Assembly (NCBI GenBank): GCA_025594325.1
Contig: JANHCV010000012.1
Span: 744,001 to 808,000, forward strand
Direction: 5' to 3'
Length of the DNA stretch: 64,000 nt
From: Blastocladiella emersonii ATCC 22665
Taxonomy: Eukaryota; Fungi; Blastocladiomycota
Part shown: piece after piece, positions 37,541 through 47,828 of the stretch
Numbering within the stretch: the stretch's first letter is position 1
How the letters are laid out: each line of letters opens with the position of its first letter
Program-made: the position numbers and the translations under genes
Notes under the pieces: model-generated
Told to the model about the DNA's origin: nothing
What the model saw: the letters and a program-made list of their open reading frames with translations, nothing else
Databases searched by the model: none

Positions 37541-39768
37541 CCATTCCGCGTCCCCACGTCAACAGCTCGCTCGGTCCAAAGCGAGTCCTTGACGCCTATA
37601 AGCGCGCCTGTGGGTAAAACACGCCAAAAGCTGAGTAGGAGAGGAGCGTCGAGCTCGATAGCGTCACTAAGAACATCCAGCATCGCGGCCAGGTCGGTGC
37701 GGATCAAGAGCTGGACAAGGTCGCGTAACGGGTACGCCAAAGTGTCACACGCTGACAGGCACCGAAGGACGCGACGCCCGTTGGAGCTCGCAGGCCGAAA
37801 GGTCAGGTTCGCAACGTCGTCAACTGAAGCGAGGATGCTAGCGAGTTTCTCGGCAACAACAAGCGGAATACGCCGAAGGCACTGCGGATCGAGGACCAAA
37901 AGCTCGCGAACCGTGTCGAGCCACGCACGCTGATCCGCGATTGAGCATTCGCCGCAGGAAATGGCACGAGATGGAGCAAGCGGGAAAAGGTGCCGACCCG
38001 CGCGGTTGGAGACCTGCGCCGAGACCATGGCGCCAAGAAACGAACGCGCTGTGTCGCTTTCCCTGATCAGCGCGATAGCGGCGCTGCGAGTTAAACGACT
38101 TTGAAAGACAGCGACAACAACCCATGCGAGTTCGGCGCAAATCGGACTCGACAAGCGAAGGGCGGTCGCGTTTGCAAGAAGAAACACGTCCCACAAGTGC
38201 GGCGAGGGCTCGCTTGAAAACACGGCAGCCATAAGCTTGCTCGAGTCGGGGTTGAGGCGAGTGAGGCGACCGTCGTCATCAGGATGCAGGACCGTCTCAC
38301 GCAAAACCAAAGCGAGCTCGTGACAAAGATCTGGCGCCATTTCAAAACGTTGCTGTCGCACAAATGCAAGTACATCCTGCGGCATAAATTGATCTGGGAC
38401 GAGGTCAAGCGATGCACGGAACGCTACACATAGCATAGGAGGGATCAATTGATGGTTGTTGCGCGCGCCCAACGAGGAAAAAAAAAATAACGAACCCCGC
38501 AGCACAGCACTCTGGAATGAACCATCAAGAAGTTGAGCGGCCGCGGTAGCGAGAGGACCCGCGGGCCCGCCGCCCTGTTGACCCAGCGCAAAGGTAAGAA
38601 CGAAGTCCCAGTCCAAGTCGTTGAGCAAGTCTTCCTTGGCCAAGATGGTCAGGACCTCGGGATCAATCGCGAACGGACCGCCAACGAGCCGGTGGCTGAA
38701 AAGTTCGCGCTCGCTACTGGCAATCGAGGTGTCTGAGTTCTGCAAAAGCCCCGCCAACTTATAGAGGATGACCGGCGTCCGGGCCAAGTGGGTGACAAGC
38801 TGTACATTTTCGAAGAGTGTCGGAGCGGCCGTCCAAGATTCGCGGAGAAGCCACTGGAGCACCATCGCAACGCCCTGAGCGTTCTCGGGACTCATATGCA
38901 TATGTGCGTGTGTTTCGAGAGAATCCAACAGGCTGGCGGAGACTACTTGGCGTTCGAAGCAGCGGGCGAGCCAACGAGACTCGAGACCAAACGCGGGCAC
39001 ATCAAACAGAGCTAAAAGACTCGGCAAGTCCCAAAGGAAGATGGCGAGAATGCCCAGGAAGCCAAGCAAGCATACCGGATTGTCAGCCCAAGTTATGACG
39101 TGGTCATAGATCGTATTGTTAAACTCGTAGGGCGTCAGCACAAACCAAGTGATAGCTGGCATCCGGATGGAGAAGAGCCCGGGAACTCGCTGCTGTGTGT
39201 GTCGAAGCAGGCAGGTAAGTCTAGACGGTTCGAGATGCATAACCGCAAGGATCATGGGCTGGCAGAGAGTTTCCGCAGGAGAGCCCTTGCATTGATGCGC
39301 ACGGGCAGCAATGATTGAGGCCTTGAGCGCCGCAGTCGAGGATGCTGGACTAGTATCAAAGGAGCGCAAGGCCAGGGACGCAAGCGGGAGAATGTGATCT
39401 AGAAGCACCGAAAAGAGCGACGCAAGGGCAGGATGGGGACGGTCTGGCTTGGACGACGAAGTTTGGCGTCGCTCGTGACAGTACTCGAGGAGCGCCCCGC
39501 TGTCCGAGATGAAAACGATATCGCCAGCCTCGCCAGTCCCGTACTCGTCCAGCCAGTCCGCAGGGGGGCCGGAGGCCAGTAAGTGACGAATCCATGCGCC
39601 CTGAACGGGGGTGCATTGTGAGAGAACATGAAGTTCGCGCGTTGCTGCACAGACGGCCGATCGGGGTCGGGCGAGCTGGAGCGCAAAGGTCATCAGTTCG
39701 ACTGGGAGCATGGTGAGCGTTGAGCGCTCATGCGGTTGCAGCAAGTTTCCTTCATTAGCTTCGTGCAT
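37498..39768 (-). CDS. F-box-like/CxxC-domain paralog P2
   Basis: TLTMLPVELMTFALQLA N-terminus. In-frame 72-nt phase-1 intron 38495-38424 at the position homologous to P1 and P3. SCGECSIADQRAW..CLSACD. Confidence 0.7.
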   Translation of the reverse strand: MHEANEGNLLQPHERSTLTMLPVELMTFALQLARPRSAVCAATRELHVLSQCTPVQGAWIRHLLASGPPADWLDEYGTGEAGDIVFISDSGALLEYCHERRQTSSSKPDRPHPALASLFSVLLDHILPLASLALRSFDTSPASSTAALKASIIAARAHQCKGSPAETLCQPMILAVMHLEPSRLTCLLRHTQQRVPGLFSIRMPAITWFVLTPYEFNNTIYDHVITWADNPVCLLGFLGILAIFLWDLPSLLALFDVPAFGLESRWLARCFERQVVSASLLDSLETHAHMHMSPENAQGVAMVLQWLLRESWTAAPTLFENVQLVTHLARTPVILYKLAGLLQNSDTSIASSERELFSHRLVGGPFAIDPEVLTILAKEDLLNDLDWDFVLTFALGQQGGGPAGPLATAAAQLLDGSFQSAVLRGSLFFFSSLGARNNHQLIPPMLCVAFRASLDLVPDQFMPQDVLAFVRQQRFEMAPDLCHELALVLRETVLHPDDDGRLTRLNPDSSKLMAAVFSSEPSPHLWDVFLLANATALRLSSPICAELAWVVVAVFQSRLTRSAAIALIRESDTARSFLGAMVSAQVSNRAGRHLFPLAPSRAISCGECSIADQRAWLDTVRELLVLDPQCLRRIPLVVAEKLASILASVDDVANLTFRPASSNGRRVLRCLSACDTLAYPLRDLVQLLIRTDLAAMLDVLSDAIELDAPLLLSFWRVLPTGALIGVKDSLWTERAVDVGTRNGGNAALGRLCIGLL

Positions 39769-40217
39769 GGTTGTTGCGGGCGAGAGCAAGAAGTCGAGGC
39801 GTTGCGGTCACAGCCAAAAGTTGTTCGCTCGGGCGACATCACGCGAAGTGGCGCATCGCGGCTTCTTCTCCCACCCCGCATGGGCACTCAAAATGTGATT
39901 CATTCCATGAACGATACTCTTGCGTTCTCACACGCAGCCCGCGCCTACTCCTCGACCGCGTGCTTCTGCGCCCCGTCGCCGCCGCAGCCCGCGGCCACGT
40001 CGCGCAGCTGCTTGGCACCGCGCCCGAGCCGGGTCTCGCCCTTGTCCGTCTCCGGCGGCTGCCGCATCTTCTCCTTAGCCTCGGGGCCGAACTGCATCCC
40101 GCCGCGATGCATCGGGGCCGAGCCATGCGGAACTGCGCCACGGCCAGCGTCGACCATCGCCGTGCCGTGCGGATCGGTCGCGTAGTGCGGGTCGGTCGCG
40201 TAGTGCGGGTGGCGCAC

Positions 40218-40917
40218 CTACTTGCGCGCGGCGAGGATCTCGCGCAGGACAGCGTGGGCGCGACCCGCCGCGGCGGCGCATGTCTGGCAGCGAGCGTGCG
40301 CCGTGTGGCTGCCGCAATGTGCGCGCACGCGCTCGGCCGACGACAGGACGAGGGCGAGGACGTCCGAGTAGTCGAGCGCATTGGTGGCCAGGTGATGCGC
40401 GCGGTCACCGAGGTCGGAAGACGCGGTGGTGGTGGGCTCGAGGCCCTGCGCCGACTTGGCGCGCTGGTGCATGCCGAGCGACTCGGAGCCTACCGACACG
40501 AGGAGCCACGCGGCCTGGTGCGCGAGGTGTACGACGACGCCGCGGGGACCGGTCAGCGCGATGATCGCGCGGGTAACGAGAAAGAGAGAGGGGAGCGGAA
40601 GCGCAGCGTACCGGCATTGGTGAGGCAGCACTTGTAGCAGTCGACGCCCGCGCACTCGGTCTTCTCATCGCAGTACTTGGACAGCAGCGCCGACTCGTTG
40701 CTACGCGGGGGAGCGCGCGTGCGTGCGTCAGCACAGCGTCACCGCTCGCAGCGCTAGGCGAGAAACGTACAGGATCATGGCCGCATCGAGATCCTACGCG
40801 CACAAGGAACGAGCGAATGAGTGATGGCTGCCACGACGGTGACGGCGCAGCGGCGAGACGCCCTGCGTCCAGGATCTTGGAGAACGGCTGCTGCTGCTCG
40901 GTGGTTGGCATCGACAT
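40218..40917 (-). CDS. Possible small multi-exon gene with a 23-nt microexon and a Cys-rich exon; not fully resolvable
   Basis: ACC-ATG at 40917 after a CT-rich leader. Exon 40793-40771 (DLDAAMIL), intron 40770-40701, exon 40700-40612 (NESALLSKYCDEKTECAGVDCYKCCLTNA). Phases of the flanking exons do not join without corrections. Confidence 0.3.
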
Positions 40918-41044
40918 GGTGGGTGTGGTGTTCGTTCCGTAGGGTGCCGCGGCGACGAAGGAGGAGAGAGTGGAGCGTAGTGGTGAAGGGCAGCCGTGAG
41001 CCGCGGCGCACGACCTGGTCGCCCAACGGCCGCGCAACGGGGAC

Positions 41045-42005
41045 CCACCACCCGACGACGGCGGCGAGGCGGGCGGAGGTGACGCGGCGCAGGGCGACAG
41101 CCGCCGTCGCGGCGGTGGTTTTCCGCGGGGCACCTCCTTGCGCTCGACCGATGGCTCAATGAGCGGGATGAGCAGGTTGATGGTAGACTTGGGGATGGCG
41201 CACACGGCGGCGAGCGTGGCGAACAGCTTGAGCGCGCCCTGGCGCGGGAGCTCGGACCCGAACGTCTGCAGGAACGCGGGCGCGATGGCGCGGAGCTGCG
41301 CGACGGTCGGGTCGGCGTGCGCGAGGGTTACGACCATGGGACCGGCAGCGAGGATCACCTCGGCGAGCGCGATGGTGGACCCGTGCCGCGTCCTGAGCTC
41401 GGTGCTGGTAACGGTCGGGAGGAGACTGTCGAAAATGTGTTGGAAGATGTCGTGCTTGAGGTCCACAAGCACGCCGAGCGCCTCGGCGGCGCGCACGCGC
41501 ACGGCGGGGTCCCAGTGGAACACACTGTTCTTGAGCAGGTACTGGACGCAGTACGGGTGGTACTCGTCGAATGCGGCGACAACGCGGCCGGCGACCAAGA
41601 ACGCGGACGCGCGGTTGCTGACGGTAAAGAAGTCAGACCACCGCGCGATGGTGTCGCGGTCGCACAGCCCGGCGAGCACGACGTGCGGGGCCTCCTCGAT
41701 CTGCTTGGGGATCTCGTCATCCTCGTCCTCGCACTCATCGTGGCGGGGTGCCGGGTCGGCGGGACCCGACGCGACGAGCCCGCCCGCCGCGGCGGCGGCA
41801 GCGCGGCAGATGTTTGCTTCGAGCGAGCGCGATCCGCGGTCGCAGCGCCACTTGGGCAGCTCGTTGCGCAGCTCGTTATGCAGCATGACGAGGCCGACGC
41901 GGGTGGCGATCTTGGTGACGAGCTTGCGCAGGAGCGAGTTGGTGCGGACCATGGCGGCGTCGGCGAAGCAGAGCAGGGCGGCGAGCCAGTCAAGTCCTTG
42001 CCCTC
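41045..42005 (-). pseudogene. TBCD: Internal fragment of tubulin-specific chaperone D with an internal deletion and terminal frameshift
   Basis: LLRKLVTKIATRVGL..WRCDRGSRSLEAN..LCDRDTIARWS, then directly DFFTVSNR..HWDPAVRVRAAEAL..LRTRHGSTIALAEV. These match TBCD/Cin1/Alp1 blocks that are far apart in the full protein. Both termini are absent. Confidence 0.75.
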
Positions 42006-42453
42006 CTCAAATCAACCGATTCAGCGCGGCCAGCGAGCCCCGCGGTGTGCGAACGAATTGCGTGTTGATTGCATGCAGTAGTTCCATGGAGCGGTAGGAT
42101 GTGGATTGCGGGAGATAGGATGAAGGTCGCCAGGGCGTCGTTGGCGAGCCGCAAAAAGTGTCTCGCAGCCACCGCGTGACTTGAGCGTGACCGCGGAGAC
42201 GCGTCCCGCTCGTGTGAGATGCGACGCGACGCGTGCAATTCGAAGCGGTCTGCTCTCTCGGAAGCGCTCGCAAGCGAAGTCATTGTCGACGCGCGGAGAC
42301 CACGGCTGCGGACGATTGCTGCCTCACGCGAGGCAATCGAACTTGTGCTCAGGGGAATACGTTCAGTGCGAGGAAAACGTTCAATCATAAAAACGAACAA
42401 GCAAAACAAACAAAACGATGAAAATCGGCGAGGCGAAGACAATGGAGTAATGC

Positions 42454-44866
42454 TCAGCACCTGTGCATGATTGCAACCATGGCATCGGCGTACTCGCGCG
42501 AGGCGACCGTCTTGGGCGCGGCGCGGCGGATTTCGTCGACGATGGCCCGATTCGGGGACGGCTTGCGAGCCTCGTACACGACCCTCTGCGCAATCCAGAA
42601 GGCAGCCTTGACGCCGTCAAGCATACCATGGGGCACGGCGCGCCAGAACGAGATTGGGATCCCATCCGCTTTGGTCTGGTCTTCGAGCAGATCCAGGACC
42701 GCGGCAAAGTTGGTGCGTAACAGAGACTGAAGCAGCTTGCGAATCGGATGAGGCACATGTCGGCAGGGGCATCCAGCATCGAGTGGCTTGTTGTACATAG
42801 TCTTGCCGTCCAGCGAGTCAAGTGGTTTGAGAATTTCGATGAAGCGAGCGACCGCGGGGACAGGAAGCCGGTCGAGGCCTGCTGGATCGAGCGCGAGAAG
42901 CATATCCAAGGCAGCAAACCAGCTGGCCTGCCCGCGAAGATTGCAGGTTGAACAAGTTGCGATGTGCGGCCAACCGAGCGGAACGGCATGAAGCTCAGGC
43001 GGACTGCTAAGCGAGGCACAGATCATGACTCCGAGGAACCGTTGCACCGTGCCTGAGCGACGCATCAGCTCGCCGGCACGATCGCGAAGCGCTTCGTTGT
43101 GTGCCACAGCGACGGGCAGCCACGCGAGAGCCGGACACATGGTGATGGGGGCGCGCAGGAGCGTGGCGTTGGCCAAGAGGAAAAGATCCCACATGTCCGC
43201 GTCGAGTTTGCTTGAAAACACGGTCAAAAAACGGTTGCACAGCATCGGCGTGGAACAAAGGGGAGAATGGGTGCAGACTGCGTTGAGCGGACTGGATGAC
43301 GTGTCGCATAGCGATTCGGCAAAAGCGTGTACGAGCTCGTTCATGATTTCGCCGTGATGCTGCCGAACAAATTGCAAAACGTGCTGCGCCAAAGAATGAA
43401 CGGTGGACCCAATTGAACGCACGAAAACTACAAAGTAGCCGAAGATACAAAGGTTTGAGTACATGACCCTACACTGCTACGCTAGCATTGTACCTTGCTT
43501 AGCAACCTTGGCGAAACGATCCTTTGTAAGCGAAGCGACCACAAACGTGGCGACCGGACCAACTGGGCCCCCACCACTCGCGCGCAATGCCGACCGAATG
43601 TACGATTTCTGTCCAGGAAGAATCGCCAAGCAGGCCGAGCTTGTCGAGGACCACAAGGGACGCCGGGGGTAGAGGCGGCATATAAAATGTAATGCGCATG
43701 CGGGCCGCGATGGCCTCGCGATGAACCGGAATCTCGCTTTCGAGAATGCGACGGGAATCCACAAGAACAATGCGCTGAAGGATGAGGGGGGTCTCGAACA
43801 AGAGCGTGACGAGGTGATCGTCGTCAAAGACAAGCGAATGGTCGGCTGGCAAGAAATCACGAATCAGGCGCTCGACGGTTGAAGCAACTGCCTCGGTTCG
43901 GTTGGCGGAGATATCATCGTATCGCCGGATGCCGTGAAACAGGACAATTGTGACCACTTCGTCGCACATAATCGATTTGAGCCACTGCTCATCGAGATCG
44001 AAGGAGGACGACGCGCGAAGCGCATCGAGAGTTGGCATATTCCACGTAAACACACAAAGGAGGGAAACGACGTTGATAAAGGGAATATCTTGCTCCAGGT
44101 ATTCGCTCTCGAATTCGTCGAGAAGCGCCTCAAGGTCGTTGAGCTGATCCATGTAAGCAAGTGAGCTCCACTGCGTGATGGTGAATCGGACGTGAAGCAG
44201 GTCGGAGAACCGGCCTTTTACGTCGGAGAGAATACGAATGAAGTTAATCGGATCAAGGGATCGCACGGCGTGGAGAAGTAGCTGCAAGATGGCAAGGAGC
44301 GGGCGAGACCAGGCGCGGCGGTCCCAAGTTGACTTGCTAAGTTGGCCAACGAGCGCTGCCTCAAGCTGGGCGAAGTCACCGCCAAATGATCGCATGGTGA
44401 TCATCGCAGCATCCGCCAAGCAACTGACGAGGACGGTGTAGAGCGTTGTAACGTGCTTGTAAGAAAGGTGATCGCGGGTGACCACTCGCAAATACTTGTG
44501 CTCCGCCGCATTCGAATCCATGTCAATGAAAGTAGCGGTGTTTGGGGTAGACACAAGGCTGGGGATCACGGTAACTTCGGCCGTCAGCTCAGCAGTGTGC
44601 TCGAGAAGCGCGGTGAGGTCGCACGCATTGCCGCTGTCCAGGTACAGCGAGTCTTTGTCCTCGGCCGGAACGCGGTGAACGAGTATATGCTCGATCCAAA
44701 AGCGTTTGATGTGCGCCGTCGCCGCAACGTAGGAAAGCTCGCGCGACGCGGCAGCAAGGACGGAGCGCGGGTAAGCGAAGCGGAGCACGCCCCCAAGTAG
44801 TTCGACAGGAAGCGCCGCAAGCGTGCCGAAAGGTTGCATAGAGTCGCCTAGTTCATTGGTTTTCAT
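42454..44866 (-). CDS. F-box-like/CxxC-domain paralog P3, one frameshift in a (GC)n run near 43580
   Basis: TLAALPVELLGGVLRFA N-terminus. Phase-1 intron 43493-43428. MWDLFLLANAT aligns to P2 LWDVFLLANAT. CSTCNL..GCPCRH. ASGGGPVGPVAT (shifted frame) aligns to P2 QGGGPAGPLAT. Confidence 0.7.
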
Positions 44867-45260
44867 CGTGGATGCGGTGGATTGCCAGGGGGAGCGAGAG
44901 CGCGGCGTCGCGGCCGGTGGGAATTTAGGCGGGCGGCGGTGATCACGGCGGTGTGGCGTAACACGTTCCGTCCTCACGTTCGGCCCCTCTCCCCGCTCGC
45001 ACGACCACCCCCGGTTATCTGGCGCGCCAACTAACCTAGATCACTGCAGAAACAAAGTGTACATGGCTAGTTCAGTTGGTTAATTGGTGTTTCGATGAGC
45101 GGTGAGTGGAGCGAGAGTTCCAAAGCGACCATGAACGCGTTGCGGCTCGCGACGCGCCCAACTTCCATTGCGTTTCGCATGAGATCCATACTCAGGAACA
45201 AACCAGACGTATTTAACGACGCGACGGCTCTCGAGTCCCATACCGCTCCGCCCAACAAAC

Positions 45261-46246
45261 TCAGAGCGACGCCGGCCGCGCTCCCACTGGTCCCAGGATG
45301 AGCGCGAGGTCGGCATCGGCCACGGCCACGGTCCACTTGGACCTACGACCGCGCCCAACCTGCTGTATCGAGCGCGTTACGAAGAAGGAACGCTTGTACA
45401 GCGCATCCCGCACCGACGCCTACACGGACTCGCCCAAAGTCGCAACACGAGCGCGAGCGTGTCAGTCAATGCCCCCGGCCTCATCCATCACGGCCACGAT
45501 CCGCGTACCTTTCATATCAGCTGATCCTCGACGAATCGAAAGAACGGGAACCGCGCCTCGATCGCGTCGCAAATCGCCACGGCCGTGAGCGTGCGGTCCG
45601 GCGCATCCCTGAGCGCCAAGCACACGAGGTGCGTCATGGCCAGTGGTGGCCGCTCGTACACGGCGCCGGTCGCGCGGTCGATCGCTGTCACGTCTTTGAT
45701 GACGGCCGTGCCATGGGCGTGCCGGAACGATTTCAAACAGTTTAGCCCCTTGGCCTTTAACCAAAGAAGCGTGTCGGGCGACCGCGGGGGTCGAGCGGTG
45801 CGGGTCAGACGGCCGCGCGGCGCGGTTGATGATGCGGCAGCAGCGGGCGACGAAAGACTTGGCAAAGTCCGAGGAGGGATGAGATCAACGTTGACAAGCA
45901 AGGGAGCAAAGCTATCTCCAAGGACGAGGTCGCGAGCGTTGGCGCGAGGAGTTGCCTGACGATCGCCTACGCGGTCGCGAGTGTCAGCGCGCAACGCGAC
46001 TTGCCGCCCGTTAGCGCGCGAGACAGGAGGTTGAAGTCGCGGCGGAGCTTCCACGGGCTGCCAGTATGTAGTAGGCGCGTGCGAGAGTCCAGCAGGCGGC
46101 GAGTTGCACTCGGGGAGCGGTTGAGACATCGGCGGGGATGGCGACCTTGGCGGCGCGGTCACGACAAGCCTTTGGTTGACGCTCAGCGGTTGGCCGTTTG
46201 GCACAGAAGCGGTTGCACCAAGTCCAAAGACGTCCATTCGATTCAT
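45261..46246 (-). pseudogene. Forkhead FH3 with a nonsense codon at the conserved Trp before helix 3
   Basis: EDQLI-TGA-K followed by intron 45508-45420; paralogs read EDQRR-TGG-R. Exon 2 ASVRDALYKRSFFV..SKWTV is still open. Confidence 0.75.
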
Positions 46247-46447
46247 TAGGAGTGCTCGTGGCGTTGAGTCCAGAGAGCGAGAGCGAAGATGGGCACGCGT
46301 TGCGCCGCGCGACCGACCTTACAACGCGTCTGACTTCCACCCGGACGTTGGATCAGATCAGTGGTCGAATCAGTTCGACTCAAGGTCTAGTCGACCGTTC
46401 TCTATAAAGAGAAATTAGAATCTTATGTCATTTTCCACCGGGTATGC

Positions 46448-47587
46448 TCAGACAGAAGCGACCTGCTCCTGCTCGTCCACAACCCCCAGGAGCTTTCTAA
46501 GGTCGTCTTCTGCCACGGTCCATTTGACATCGCGCGTGCACGGGCCTGGGCGGTGCGATACGAAGCATCTGCGCTTGGCCAGCGCATCCCCCAACGATCG
46601 CTACCCCGCACGACGCCAAGCATTAGTCCATCGTCACGCCTCACCGTCGCAGAAGTCCGTCCTGTAACGCACCCTCCAACTGCATTGATTATTAACGCAC
46701 CGGAAGAACGGGAACCGCGACTTGATCCAGTCGCACATCTCCGCGGTCGTGAGCGTGCGGTCCGGCACTTGCGCCAGCGCCAGGCACGCAAGCTGCGGCA
46801 TGGTCAGCGCCGGCCGCTCATACGTGATGCCAGTCGCGGGGTCGACCGCCGTCACGTTCTTGACCACGCTTGACACGTAAGCACGCCGGCGGAAGGTGGC
46901 GCGGTGCGGCTTCGGCGGGACCGCGTGCAGCGGCGGCGACTGAGCGATTGGTTTGGGCTGCGGCACGATCGGAGCACCAGTTGGTGCGACCATCGCCGCC
47001 GTGGGATTGGGAGACGTAACGGCGCTGGACGCCGCCGCGGCGCGCGAGGTCGCACTTGAGCTTGGGAGCGTGGCTGCGACCCGCATCCGCTTGTGCAGGC
47101 GCGAAGGCTGAGAAAGCAGTGGAGAAGCAGGGCTGGCGCGCGGCTCAAGCTCGCGCAGTCGAGTGTCGCGGGAAGCAGGCGATCTGGCATACGAGCCGAG
47201 CGGCGGTACCGCGGCGACCTGCACCAAGTTTGGGGCGAGAGAGTTCGAAGATGCGGCAGTTGATCCGTGCCATGGAGCGAGATCGAGCGCGGAACCATTG
47301 TCACTGAGTGCAGCAATGAGCTCTCCAGCAGACACGCAGCCTTGCAATCGTTTGCTCGAGTGGATCAGCGACGGGAAGAGCTGCAAATGCGGAAGGGCTT
47401 CCACAGGCTCCCAGTGCTGGGACGGAAGAGTCGAGAGTCCAGCGGGCGGCGAGTCGCACTCGGGAAGAAACGGGGACGGGGACCGCGGCGGCGTGACCGC
47501 GCTGTTCATGTCGCGGTCGAAGCTCAATGGTTGGCCGTTGGGTGCCAGTGAGGTTGCGGCGAGTCCGTAAGAGTCCATTTGATTCAT
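46448..47587 (-). CDS. Divergent forkhead protein FH4, 2 exons, intact
   Basis: RPALTMPQLACLALAQVPDRTLTTAEMCDWIKSRFPFFR. Phase-0 intron 46672-46601. Exon 2 RSLGDALAKRRCFV..VKWTV. Confidence 0.85.
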
Positions 47588-47828
47588 TGATGTTCTGAGC
47601 TGCGAGTGAAGGGAGAGGACGACTGCTGGCCAACAGCCCCGAGAGCCGACTGCGCCACACCTGAGCTGAACCAGTCAGTCCGCTTCGCGCCACGCCCTGC
47701 GCCACGCCGCCGGCCAACTCACCGCCAGGACGACCGAGGAGAGAATATAGCAGTACGACAACGTAAATCAAAGGTAGACGCCATGTAGATCTGCCAAACA
47801 ATGCGACGGCGAGAACCGCGATGGGCGA

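Noticed and set aside
40174-40209. 18-nt direct tandem repeat; also a 12-nt tandem at 58307-58335
   Set aside because: Two-copy local slippage duplications with no further structure.
45512-45514. TGA recoded as Trp
   Set aside because: TGA terminates many genes here (GUS1, FH1, FH4, FH5) and Trp is TGG elsewhere.
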